64,000 bases of DNA from Candidatus Dormiibacterota bacterium (lineage in GTDB: Bacteria; Chloroflexota; Dormibacteria; Aeolococcales; Aeolococcaceae), in contig OY970355.1 in NCBI GenBank assembly GCA_963718525.1, positions 1,856,001-1,920,000 of the forward strand, read 5' to 3'. The stretch's first letter is position 1. Every line of letters starts with the position of its first letter. A model generated the notes under the pieces. The model did not search any database. It was not told the DNA's origin and saw nothing but the letters and a program-made list of their open reading frames with translations. Below are positions 17,941-27,806 of the stretch, piece by piece. A program made the position numbers and the translations under genes.

Positions 17941-20755
17941 ACAACGCCCTGCCACGGCCACCAAGCAGGTCTTGCAACTGATCGAGCGGCATCGGACGCG
18001 CGAAGAGGAATCCCTGCGCGTACTCGTAGCCGATCTCCCTGAGGGTGGTCGCCTGCGCCTCGGTCTCGATACCCTCAGCGACGATCGATGCTCCGATCGC
18101 CATGCTGAGTTCAAAAATCGCCGCTGCCATCGATCGTGCCTCGGAGCGCTCGGCAACGTCGATGACAAAAGCGCGATCAAGCTTGATGACATCGACGGGG
18201 ACGTCTTGAAGCCGGGCCAGCGACGAGAATCCGGTGCCGAAGTCGTCGATTGCAATGCGTACCCCTCGGCTGCGCAGGCGCTCGAAGGCCGCACGAACCG
18301 CAGCCAGGTCATCCAGGAACGCACTCTCCGTGACCTCGATCGTCAGAGCCGTCGGGGGAAGTCCAGTAGCCTCAAGGATGCCGTCAAGCCACGTGCTGAA
18401 CTCACCAGCCATCAGCTGGCGGACGGAGACATTGACGCTGACCTTGAGATCGTGGTCGCGGTACAGGCGAGTCGTGTCTGCACATGCGCGTTTCATCACC
18501 CACTCGCCGATTGGGACGATGAGCCCGGTGGCCTCAGCGATTGGGACGAACTCCGCAGGCGAGATCGCTCCCCGCACCGGGTCATCCCAGCGCAGCAACG
18601 CCTCCGCCCCGACGATGCGGTGGTCAGTGAGGCTGACGATGGGCTGATACACGAGCCGTAGCGAGCCGGCCTGGAGCGCAGCCCGGAGACCGCTCTCCGT
18701 GGTCAGGCGATGCTGGAGGCGGCGGCGGGACTCGGCGTTGTAGATTCTCGTCTCGCTCCTGCCGGCGCGTTTCGCCTCGTGAAGCGCCGAATCGGCGTCG
18801 CGGAGAAGATCGACCGACGAGCCATCGGCGTGCGCGAACGCGATCCCAATCGATGCGGTGATGGTCACGGGGTGTCCATCGACCCAGACCACTTGAGGCA
18901 GAACCCGGCAGATCTGTTCCGCGACGTCGTGGGCGTCGCGCTCGGATGCGGCGCCCGGCACCACGACCGCGAACTCATCGCCACCGGGGCGCGCCACCAT
19001 GAGATCGGGGAGACCGCCCGTCAGGCTGGATGCGACCTCGATCAGGACCCTGTCGCCGACCTCGTGGCCGAGGCTGTCGTTGATCACCTGGAGGTCGTCG
19101 ACGTCAACCAGGAGGAGGGTGCAGGGCCGGTGCTGAGAGGCAAGGACGGAATCGAGATGCTCGGCCAGAGCGGCTCGAATCGGCAGACCGGTGAGGGGAT
19201 CGTGCCGCGCGATGAAGAGAGCCTGCTGTTCGGAGCGATGACGCTCGGTGACGTCAGTCACGACGGCGAGGACGCCGATGACGGTACCGCCCGCGTCCCG
19301 GCTGGGCGTGTAGAAGGCTTGGTAGAAACTGCCCTCCTGCTCGACCGTGGCCGTGACTTCCTCGCCGCCGAGCGCTCGGTCGACGAATGCGGCCCCGATG
19401 CCGTTGCCGGCGACAGCATCCAAGCGACGCCCAACGAGGAGCTGGATCGAGCCACCCTCGTACAGCCGGCCGGCGCCGTCGACCAGGCGGCCTTCAACAT
19501 CGAACGAGGCGACCAGCATCGGAACGGCCGCGAGGACCGTCTCGAGCAGGGCTCGGCTGTGCGAGCCGGCGGCCTCGGCGGCCACCTCGACCGAGATGTC
19601 TGTGGAAACTGAGATGACGCCGGTGATCTCCCCTGCATGATCACGGATCGGGGCATGCACTGTCGCGAAGGTCTTGCCTGAGTAGACCGTTCGCGTCGAG
19701 GACTGCTGCCCGTCGAGAGCGGCTTGAAGCGCACGCAGTGTGGCCTCGTCATCGATGACCTCGCGGATGTCGCGGCCGAGGAACTCGCTGGCGCGTCGGC
19801 CGGCCTGAGCGATCCCGCCACCGGCAAGGAAGGTGAAGCGCAGATCGCGGTCAACGGTGGTCACCGAGACCTGGGACGAGGCCATCGCCGTCTCGAGCAC
19901 CATCCGGCTCTCCCGCGTGGCGTCCTCCGCGGCCCGCTGCGAACTCAGCTCCTGTACCAGCACCAACAGCTGGCTTACACGGCCGTCCTTATCGCGGACC
20001 GCGCACACGCTGTCGAGCACAGGCACGAGGTGGCCGTCGCTGCATGGAAAGTCGCGTTCCACGACGTATGAGTCGATCTCGCCGCTCAGGAGGCGATCGG
20101 TGGGCGTCCGATCCCACGCGCCGCCGTGCCGGAAGAGCCGATCCCCGTCGCCACCCAGGAGTTCCTCTCGCGTGTAGCCCATCAGGGTGCAGAGGACCTG
20201 GTTTACCGCGGTGATGCGGAATCCAGGAATCTCCATGGTCAGCTGCCCGATCGAGGCATCCTCGAACATGCGCTGGTAGCGATTCATATCCTCGAGGAGG
20301 GCATGCTCGGCCGCCTGGGCACGACGCCGCTCGGTCACATCCTCGATGACCATGACGCGGCCGGCGAACGAAACGTCCCCGCCCTCAACGTGCATGCTGC
20401 GGACCCGACCCCAGACGACACTCCCGTCGGGTCGTTGGACGCCCCAGTCCTCTTCGGTTCCGGGCGCGAGGGCGATCGCCCTGCGCTCGGGGTACGTGCC
20501 GTCCTCGGACACCGACGCCGGGGCGAGCACCTCCGTAGCGCTGCGACCGAGGAGGTCGTCGCGGGTCCGACCGAAGAAGTGGCAGGCGGCGGTGTTGATG
20601 CGGACAAAGCGCTGGTTCGCATCGAGGACGACAAGAGCGAGGGACGACTCGTTGAAGGGCTCGACGAGATCGGAATTGCTATTGAGAGGTACTCCGGCGT
20701 CGTGAATGACTGGAGTGGTCGCATCGCCGTCCCGAGCCACGGTCCTGTCGTCCAT
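17939..20755 (-). CDS. Multi-PAS GGDEF-EAL diguanylate cyclase/phosphodiesterase
   Basis: About 4 PAS domains, HDPLTGL, GGDEF, EALLRW, IDDFGTGFSSL, EGIET. Confidence 0.95.
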   Translation of the reverse strand: MDDRTVARDGDATTPVIHDAGVPLNSNSDLVEPFNESSLALVVLDANQRFVRINTAACHFFGRTRDDLLGRSATEVLAPASVSEDGTYPERRAIALAPGTEEDWGVQRPDGSVVWGRVRSMHVEGGDVSFAGRVMVIEDVTERRRAQAAEHALLEDMNRYQRMFEDASIGQLTMEIPGFRITAVNQVLCTLMGYTREELLGGDGDRLFRHGGAWDRTPTDRLLSGEIDSYVVERDFPCSDGHLVPVLDSVCAVRDKDGRVSQLLVLVQELSSQRAAEDATRESRMVLETAMASSQVSVTTVDRDLRFTFLAGGGIAQAGRRASEFLGRDIREVIDDEATLRALQAALDGQQSSTRTVYSGKTFATVHAPIRDHAGEITGVISVSTDISVEVAAEAAGSHSRALLETVLAAVPMLVASFDVEGRLVDGAGRLYEGGSIQLLVGRRLDAVAGNGIGAAFVDRALGGEEVTATVEQEGSFYQAFYTPSRDAGGTVIGVLAVVTDVTERHRSEQQALFIARHDPLTGLPIRAALAEHLDSVLASQHRPCTLLLVDVDDLQVINDSLGHEVGDRVLIEVASSLTGGLPDLMVARPGGDEFAVVVPGAASERDAHDVAEQICRVLPQVVWVDGHPVTITASIGIAFAHADGSSVDLLRDADSALHEAKRAGRSETRIYNAESRRRLQHRLTTESGLRAALQAGSLRLVYQPIVSLTDHRIVGAEALLRWDDPVRGAISPAEFVPIAEATGLIVPIGEWVMKRACADTTRLYRDHDLKVSVNVSVRQLMAGEFSTWLDGILEATGLPPTALTIEVTESAFLDDLAAVRAAFERLRSRGVRIAIDDFGTGFSSLARLQDVPVDVIKLDRAFVIDVAERSEARSMAAAIFELSMAIGASIVAEGIETEAQATTLREIGYEYAQGFLFARPMPLDQLQDLLGGRGRAL

Positions 20756-20881
20756 GCGCTGGACTTAGCACTTAACGAGGTCGGCACCGTCTTTCGCCGC
20801 AACTGTCACCGAGTCGGTGGCGGCGAAGCGCGGCGCGTCACCGCGAGGCGATCACTGCCCGGCCCTTACCTCGCGTGACAT

Positions 20882-22126
20882 TCAGGGATGCTGGCCCGTG
20901 TGACGGTGGTCACCCTCCGCCACCGCAGCTGCGACGATGGCCGCGTCCTCGCCGACGCCGAGGAGCAGCGAAGACTTGCGCTTGCGAAGGAAATGCACGC
21001 CGCAGAAGTGCAGGCCGGGCGCGACCGTGCTGGAGCCGTTGACGTGGAGGGGAAAGCCGAGCTCGTCGAAGGCGTCGAGATGGATCCATCGTGCGTAATC
21101 AGGACGGAAGCCACACGTAAAGATCACCGTGCCAAAGCCGTCGAGCCCGAGCGTCTCCGGCGAAGCGGCGCGGAACGGCGGCGGATCGTGAATGTCGGGT
21201 GTCGGGGTCCCGCCGAGCTCGCACCACTTCCGGATCGCGGCGCGCACCTCGTCGTAGCGGGCGTCACCGAACGCGACAGATTCCGCCAGGTCTGGCGCAA
21301 ACTGCGCCGTCCCGCCGTCCGTGCCGAGGAAGTGGCCCAGCAGCGTGACCCCGATGTCCTGAAGGACGCGGTAGTGGAGGTCGTGGCCACCGCCATGGCC
21401 GGTGGCCTGGACGTTGGCGACGAGTCGCGAAGCCGGCGACGGCAGCGATGAGGCCTCGGCGTCGTAGTACCCGCAGTCGACGAGCCAACGCAGGACATCG
21501 CGCCCGTCGATGCGGCGCGTGCACCACGGCGCCCGACCGCAAGCGAGGAAGACCTCGCGTCCTGCCTCGGTCAGCTCCTCGGAGATCTGGCAGCCCGTCT
21601 GGCCGCTGCCGACGACGAGCACCTTCCCGGGTGGAAGGGCCGACGGGTTGCTGTAGCCCTCTGCGTCGATGACGGGTAGGCCGGCCGGCACGCTATCAGC
21701 GGCGGCCGGCCGATGCGGCCTCTGGTACGCGCCGGAGCAGACGATCACCTGCTCCACGTGGAGAACGCCGCTGGACGTCTCTAGCGCGAAGCCACCGCCG
21801 GCATGCCGCAGAGCCGTGACGTCGACGTCCTCCCGCACTGGAGCCTCAAACGAGGCTGCGTACGTCTCGAGGTGGCGGACGATATCGTCGCGGCGCAGAT
21901 AGCCGTCCGGGTCGTCGCTCGCGTAGGCGCCGCCGGGGAGCTGAACGGTCCAATTGGGGGTGACGAGGCAGAAGCTGTCCCAGCGGTCGCGCCAGGTCTG
22001 GCCGACACTGCCGCGCTCGAGGACGACGTGCTCGACATCGCGCGCGGTGAGCTCGTGACTCATCGCGAGTCCGGCCTGGCCGCCGCCGATCACGGCGACG
22101 CGGACACGCTCAGCGCTCGCCCCCAT
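20882..22126 (-). CDS. Flavin-containing monooxygenase-like FAD/NAD(P) oxidoreductase
   Basis: GGGQAG, WRDRWDSF, VVGSGQTG. Confidence 0.88.
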   Translation of the reverse strand: MGASAERVRVAVIGGGQAGLAMSHELTARDVEHVVLERGSVGQTWRDRWDSFCLVTPNWTVQLPGGAYASDDPDGYLRRDDIVRHLETYAASFEAPVREDVDVTALRHAGGGFALETSSGVLHVEQVIVCSGAYQRPHRPAAADSVPAGLPVIDAEGYSNPSALPPGKVLVVGSGQTGCQISEELTEAGREVFLACGRAPWCTRRIDGRDVLRWLVDCGYYDAEASSLPSPASRLVANVQATGHGGGHDLHYRVLQDIGVTLLGHFLGTDGGTAQFAPDLAESVAFGDARYDEVRAAIRKWCELGGTPTPDIHDPPPFRAASPETLGLDGFGTVIFTCGFRPDYARWIHLDAFDELGFPLHVNGSSTVAPGLHFCGVHFLRKRKSSLLLGVGEDAAIVAAAVAEGDHRHTGQHP

Positions 22127-22250
22127 CGGCGCAGCGTACACGTCTGGAAAGTGCCGTCAAGCACCCCGACGCTTGTATTCGCACCACAAGGGCCGGCATG
22201 ACGCGCAACACACGTCGAACCCCTGCGCGGCGAGGAATGCCGCGTCCGTG

Positions 22251-23327
22251 CTACGCGATGGTGACCTGCTCGTTCAGGTACACGTCCTGAACCGCGTTGA
22301 GCAGATGAATGCCGTCACGCATCGGTCGCTGGAAGGCCTTGCGACCGGTGATCAATCCGGTCCCACCCGCGCGCTTGTTGATGACCGCGGTGCGCACCGC
22401 CTCGCTCAGGTCGCGGGCGCCGACCAACTCACCGCCGGAGTTGATCAGTCCCACACGCCCGGCATAACAGTTGAGCACCTGGTAGCGGCAGAGGTCGATC
22501 GGATGCTCGGAGGTCAGCTGGGTGTACACGGCATCGGCGGTCTTGCCGAAGTTGAGCGCGGTGAAGCCGCCATTGCTGGTCGGCAACTTCTGCTTGATGA
22601 TGTCGGCCTCGATGGTCACACCGATGTGATTCGCCTGACCGGTCAGGTCGGCCGCCAGCGCGTAATCGACACCGTCCTTCTTGAACGCGGCATTGCGCAG
22701 GTAGCACCAGAGGATCGTCGCCATGCCGAGCTCGTGCGCCTCGGCGAACGCGCGCGACACCTCCTGGATCTGACGGTCGGCGCCGTCTGAGCCGAAGTAG
22801 ATCGTGGCGCCCACCGCGACCGCGCCGATGTCCCACGCTTCCTTGACGGTGCCGAACATGATCTGGTCGAACTTGTTCGGGTAGGTGAGCAGCTCGTTGT
22901 GATTCAGCTTGACGATGAACGGGATCCGGTGCGCCCAGTGCCGCGACAGCGCGCCGAGCACGCCGAACGTCGACGCCACCGCGTTGCAGCCGCCCTCGAC
23001 GGCCAGCTCCACGATCTTTCCGGGGTCGAAATATTCGGGGCTCGGAGCGAACGACGCGCCTGCGGAGTGCTCGATCCCCTGGTCGACCGGGAGAATCGAC
23101 ACGTACCCGGTGCCGCCGAGCCGGCCGTGCTCATAGATCGATGACAGGTTGCGCAGCACGCGATTCGAACGGTCGGTGCCCGACCAGATGCGATCGACGA
23201 AGCCCGGACCCGGGAGGTGCAGCATCGCCTTGGGCACCGTCTCGCATCGATGCTCCAGCAGCAGCGTGGCGTCATCGCCAAGGAGCTGCTCGACGGTCTC
23301 GGTTGGGGGAAGCGTTGCGGTTGCCAT
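22251..23327 (-). CDS. fbaB: Class I fructose-bisphosphate aldolase
   Basis: [34 protein letters not shown]. Confidence 0.96.
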   Translation of the reverse strand: MATATLPPTETVEQLLGDDATLLLEHRCETVPKAMLHLPGPGFVDRIWSGTDRSNRVLRNLSSIYEHGRLGGTGYVSILPVDQGIEHSAGASFAPSPEYFDPGKIVELAVEGGCNAVASTFGVLGALSRHWAHRIPFIVKLNHNELLTYPNKFDQIMFGTVKEAWDIGAVAVGATIYFGSDGADRQIQEVSRAFAEAHELGMATILWCYLRNAAFKKDGVDYALAADLTGQANHIGVTIEADIIKQKLPTSNGGFTALNFGKTADAVYTQLTSEHPIDLCRYQVLNCYAGRVGLINSGGELVGARDLSEAVRTAVINKRAGGTGLITGRKAFQRPMRDGIHLLNAVQDVYLNEQVTIA

Positions 23328-23439
23328 GGGTGCTCTCCCGATGCGTATCGACGCTCCGTCTGAGCGCCACTCCCTAATCTACGCGGTCGGCACGCGGATC
23401 GACCCGGTTCCCGGGCGCCGTCGGGTACGGTAGGCGGAG

Positions 23440-24744
23440 ATGGAACTCCTGCGCATCCGTGGCGGGCGTCGGCTCGAAGGCAGCGTCGCGATCTCCGGGA
23501 GCAAGAACGCGTCACTTCCGGTCATGGCGGCGGCGCTGCTCACCGATCAGGAGGTGGAGCTGGGGAATGTCCCCGACATCGAGGACATCTCCACCATGGC
23601 TCGGATGCTCGAGCACGTGGGCGTCAAGGTCGAGCACCCGAACACCAACACCTGGCGCCTGCATGCCGCGTCACTCGCGACCACGGAGGTCGATCCGAAC
23701 CTGAGCAGGCGGATGCGTGGCTCGTTCCTGCTGCTCGGAGCTCTGGTGGCGCGGGCCGGTGAGGCGAGCATCGCCAAACCGGGCGGCGACGACATCGGCA
23801 TGCGCCGCGTGGAGCAGCACCTCGAGGGGCTCCGCCTCATGGGTGCCGAGGTCGAGGAACAGGCGGGAGGCTACGTCGCCCGGGCGCGCCGCCTCCACGG
23901 TGCCCGGATCTCGCTCGACATGCCCACCGTCACCGGGACCGAGAACCTGATGATGGCGGCCGTGCTCGCGGAGGGCATCACCGTGATCAGCAATGCGGCG
24001 CGCGAACCGCACGTGTACGACCTGGCGCGCTGTCTCATCGGCATGGGAGCGCACATCAGCGGGGTCGGCACCGAGCTGATCGTCATCGAGGGCAGTGGCG
24101 GTCTGCTGCACGGGACCACGCACAACATCACCGCCGATTACATCGAGGCGGGCACATACATGATCGCCGCCGCCGCGACGTACGGAGACGTCGTCGTCGA
24201 GGCGATGCGCCCCAGCGACCTGCGCTGGCTGTTCAGCAAGCTGCGTTCCGCCGGGTGCGACATCGTCGAGGGTGCGAACCACGTGCGCGTGACCTGCAAG
24301 CACCTGCGCGGCGTCGACATGACCACGTGGCCGCACCCTGGCTTCGCAACCGACATGCAACCCCAGTTCTGCGCGCTCATGACCCAGGCGACGGGGCCGA
24401 GTGTCATCAGTGAAGCGTTGTACGAGAACCGTTTTCGTCACGTCGAGTTTCTCCAGCAGATGGGTGCCAACATCGCGATCGACGGGAGGAGCGCGGTGAT
24501 CAACGGGCCGGCGCGGCTGCACGGGACGAGGATGAGCATCCCCGACATTCGCAGCGGCGCGGCGCTGGTCATCGCAGGACTCTGCGCAGAAGGCACCACC
24601 GAGCTCGACAGGGTGTTTCACCTCGAACGCGGCTACGACGACCTCGAGCGGAAGCTCGCGCGTCTGGGCGCCGACATCGAGCGCGTCACCACCGACGAGC
24701 CCGGCACCGAGGTGCGCGACCTCACCGGCGTCGTCGGCGACTGA
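23440..24744 (+). CDS. murA: UDP-N-acetylglucosamine 1-carboxyvinyltransferase
   Basis: SGSKNA, TENLMMAA, AREP, PGFATDMQ, DIRSGAAL, HLERGY. Confidence 0.96.
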   Translation: MELLRIRGGRRLEGSVAISGSKNASLPVMAAALLTDQEVELGNVPDIEDISTMARMLEHVGVKVEHPNTNTWRLHAASLATTEVDPNLSRRMRGSFLLLGALVARAGEASIAKPGGDDIGMRRVEQHLEGLRLMGAEVEEQAGGYVARARRLHGARISLDMPTVTGTENLMMAAVLAEGITVISNAAREPHVYDLARCLIGMGAHISGVGTELIVIEGSGGLLHGTTHNITADYIEAGTYMIAAAATYGDVVVEAMRPSDLRWLFSKLRSAGCDIVEGANHVRVTCKHLRGVDMTTWPHPGFATDMQPQFCALMTQATGPSVISEALYENRFRHVEFLQQMGANIAIDGRSAVINGPARLHGTRMSIPDIRSGAALVIAGLCAEGTTELDRVFHLERGYDDLERKLARLGADIERVTTDEPGTEVRDLTGVVGD

Positions 24745-24756
24745 GGACGCGCACCA

Positions 24757-25755
24757 GTGCTGGGCAAGAAGGTTGGCATCGACCTCGGCACGACGACGAC
24801 GCGGATCATCGTCAAGGGTGAGGGCATGATCGCCAGCGAGCCGACGGCGGTGGCGATCCGCGACGGTGGCATGCAGGCGGCGGTGTTCGGTGAGGCGGCG
24901 TTCGAGACCGTGGCCGGCGACCCCGAATTCCTGCTGCACCGGCCCATCGCCGGCGGCGAGATCGCCGATGCCGCGTCCGCGCGATGGCTCGTCAACCACG
25001 CGATGATCCGCGCGGCCGGGCGGCAGCGCATCTTCAAGCCGGACGTGGTGATCGCGGTGATGTCGTGTCTGCCGGGCGGACAGCGACGCTCGCTGCTCGA
25101 GGCGGCCGCGCTCGCCGGTGCGAGAACGGCATACCTGCTCGACGCGCCGCTCGCCGCTGCGATGGGTGCGGGGGTCCGGCTGAGCGGACCCAATGGTCAT
25201 CTGCTCATCGACATCGGCGCCGGCAAGACCGACATCGCCACCCTGGCGCTCGAGGGCACCGTGAGTGGCCGCTGCCTGCGCGGTCACGGCGGCGTGCGTC
25301 TACACGCGTCGATCGTCGACCACGTGCGCGAGACCCACGGGGTGACGCTTGATGCGGCGACGGTGGAGGAGGTGGTCGCGTCGCTCGCGCGGGTGGGTTC
25401 GCACGAGGAGCGGCGCCTGGACGTCATGGCCACCGGCGAGCGCGGCGAGCAGAGCGTGACGATCACCTCCACCGAGCTGACCGCGTGCCTCGACGCGCAC
25501 GTGCGGCCGATCCTCACGGCGCTTGACGGTGTCCTCGCCGATACTCCGGAGCGGTTGATTGACGACATCAAGCGCGAGGGCATCCTGCTCTGCGGGGGTG
25601 GTGCGCGTCTCGAGGGCCTCGATGGCGCGATCGCGTCGGCCACTGGAATCGACGTGCACCGGGACAGCGAGCCGCAGCTCTGTGCGGTGCGCGGGACCGG
25701 CTATGCCCTGGACAACCTCGACGTGCTCAAGCGCGCGCTCATGTACATCCGGTAG
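24757..25755 (+). CDS. Divergent MreB/Mbl-like actin homologue
   Basis: GIDLGT, PLAAAMGAG, DIGAGKTDIA, LCGGGARL. Confidence 0.85.
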   Translation: MLGKKVGIDLGTTTTRIIVKGEGMIASEPTAVAIRDGGMQAAVFGEAAFETVAGDPEFLLHRPIAGGEIADAASARWLVNHAMIRAAGRQRIFKPDVVIAVMSCLPGGQRRSLLEAAALAGARTAYLLDAPLAAAMGAGVRLSGPNGHLLIDIGAGKTDIATLALEGTVSGRCLRGHGGVRLHASIVDHVRETHGVTLDAATVEEVVASLARVGSHEERRLDVMATGERGEQSVTITSTELTACLDAHVRPILTALDGVLADTPERLIDDIKREGILLCGGGARLEGLDGAIASATGIDVHRDSEPQLCAVRGTGYALDNLDVLKRALMYIR

Positions 25756-25764
25756 GAGGACGCC

Positions 25765-26772
25765 TCAGAGCGTCGCCTCGATCCCCGCAAGGACATCCTC
25801 CACTCGGATCTGGTCCATGCTCGCCGGGTTCTCGATGCCGTCCTCGTAGAGAGGGGGCGCCAGCGCCTGGACCACGCGGTGCGCGGGACCGTAGGCGCCG
25901 CCACGAGCGCCGTCGGTCGGTCCGAACAGCCCCACCGTGGGCGTGTCCATCGCGGCGGCCAGCTGGAGCAGCGGGGTGTCGCTGCCGACCAGGAGGTCGC
26001 ACCGGGCGATCACCCCGGCGAGGGTCGCCAGGTCGATCTCGCCGACCAGGTCGGTCGCAGCCGCTCTCAGATCCATCTTGGTGCGCTCCGCGGCGTACCG
26101 GTCATGCGCCGAGCCGACCAGGAGGATTCCGGCGCCGTGTCGCTGGGCGAGCAGGTTGGCCAGGTGAGCCCAGCGCTCGGGGTCCCAGGCGGTTGCGGCT
26201 GCGGCGGCCGGGCCGTGGCTCTCCGCGTAGCCGGTGCCCGGCGCGATCGCGACCAGGAGGCGGCCGTCACCGAGCCCGGTCCCGTGGAGCACCTGCTCGG
26301 CTCGACGGCGCGCTTCAGGCCCCGGCTCGAAGACCGGGCTGTGCAGCTGCTGGTGGACGCCGCCGACCTGGGCGAGACGCAACCACGTCTCCGCCTGGTT
26401 CTCGGCCCGGCGTGGCTTGACGCGGCCGGTGAGCAGCAGCCCGATGCCGCCGCCGACGCCGCTGCGCTGCGGGATGCCGGCGAAGTAGGCGGCCGTCGCC
26501 GCGATGGAGCCGGAGGTGCACAGGAAGACGGCGTCGAGACGCATGCTGCGCAGCTTCGCCCACAGGCGGAGGCCCCCCGTCCCCGTGCCGCGCAGCCCGG
26601 GAAGTGGCACGACCTGGTCGACCGGCGGAATGCCGTCGGCGAGGTCGGTGGCCGTCGACGGGCAGACCAGCGCGATCCGGGCGGTGGGATATCCCGCGCG
26701 CAGGGTCCGCAGCAGCGGAGTCGTCTGCAGGGTTTCGGCCATGCCGCCATTGACCACAACTGCGATGTCCAC
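25765..26772 (-). CDS. Glycosyltransferase family 9 (heptosyltransferase-like)
   Basis: TPLLRTLR..YP, DTPLLQLAAAMDTPTVGLFGPT. Confidence 0.85.
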   Translation of the reverse strand: MDIAVVVNGGMAETLQTTPLLRTLRAGYPTARIALVCPSTATDLADGIPPVDQVVPLPGLRGTGTGGLRLWAKLRSMRLDAVFLCTSGSIAATAAYFAGIPQRSGVGGGIGLLLTGRVKPRRAENQAETWLRLAQVGGVHQQLHSPVFEPGPEARRRAEQVLHGTGLGDGRLLVAIAPGTGYAESHGPAAAAATAWDPERWAHLANLLAQRHGAGILLVGSAHDRYAAERTKMDLRAAATDLVGEIDLATLAGVIARCDLLVGSDTPLLQLAAAMDTPTVGLFGPTDGARGGAYGPAHRVVQALAPPLYEDGIENPASMDQIRVEDVLAGIEATL

Positions 26773-26858
26773 GGCCGAACGGTATAGCGTGTGACGCTCT
26801 GTGCGCGGGATTGCGCACGGGACGCGCTACCGGCGTCTCGGTGCAACCATATGAGTGG

Positions 26859-27806
26859 ATGAGTCAATCGCTCGCCGGACGCGATCTCCTGAGCATCGCG
26901 GACCTCAGCTCCGACGAGATCATCACCATCCTCGACCTGGCAGACGCTGCCAAGTCGGGGCGTGATCTCGGCAGCCCGCTCGCGGGCCGATCGCTCGCGC
27001 TCATCTTTCAGCGTCCGAGCAACCGCACCCGGGTGTCATTCGAGGTGGCGATCCATCGGCTCGGCGGTCACCCGATCGCGCTCTTCAACCCCGAGGTGCA
27101 GCTCGGTGAGCGCGAGTTTGCGGCGGACATCAGCCGCATCCTCGACCGGTACGCCGACGGGATCGTGGCCCGCCTCGTCTCGCATCGGGATCTGGTGACC
27201 ATCGCCGGAGCGGCGTCGTCGCCGGTCATCAATGCCCTCACGGACTCGGAGCATCCCTGCCAGGTGCTCGCCGACTGCATGACGGTTCGAGGCGTGACCG
27301 GGCGGCTCAAGGGAACCACCGTCGCGTACATCGGCGACGGGAACAACGTGTGCACGTCCTGGATCTATGCGGCGGCGCTCCTCGGGGTGAACCTGCGGAT
27401 CATCTGCCCGCCGGGCTACGAGCCACCTGCGGCGGTGGTCGACAGGGCCTCGGGACTGCGCGCGCCGGGCACCGGCTTCGAGATCACCCACGATGCGCCC
27501 TCGGCGCTCCGCGATACCGAAATCATCTACACCGACGTTTGGACCAGCATGGGCCAGGAGACCGAACAGCAGCGCCGGCGCGAGGACTTCGCCTCGCTGC
27601 AGGTGAACGACGCTCTGGTTGCGCTCGCCCCGCCGGGCGTCCGGGTGATGCACTGCCTTCCCGCGCACCGGGGTGAGGAGATCACCGACGCGGTGATCGA
27701 CGGACCCCATTCGGTGGTGTTCGACCAGGCGGAGAACCGCCTCTGGGTGCAGCAGGCGCTGCTCGCTCTCATCTACTCGCAGGACGGGGCCGGAGTGGCG
27801 GCGTGA
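26859..27806 (+). CDS. argF: Ornithine carbamoyltransferase
   Basis: SNRTRVSF, HPCQ, DGNNV, SMG, HCLPAHRG, QAENR. Confidence 0.92.
   Translation: MSQSLAGRDLLSIADLSSDEIITILDLADAAKSGRDLGSPLAGRSLALIFQRPSNRTRVSFEVAIHRLGGHPIALFNPEVQLGEREFAADISRILDRYADGIVARLVSHRDLVTIAGAASSPVINALTDSEHPCQVLADCMTVRGVTGRLKGTTVAYIGDGNNVCTSWIYAAALLGVNLRIICPPGYEPPAAVVDRASGLRAPGTGFEITHDAPSALRDTEIIYTDVWTSMGQETEQQRRREDFASLQVNDALVALAPPGVRVMHCLPAHRGEEITDAVIDGPHSVVFDQAENRLWVQQALLALIYSQDGAGVAA

Noticed and set aside
3588-22200. Prophage or autonomous ICE
   Set aside because: No integrase, structural, replication or conjugation genes in the window.
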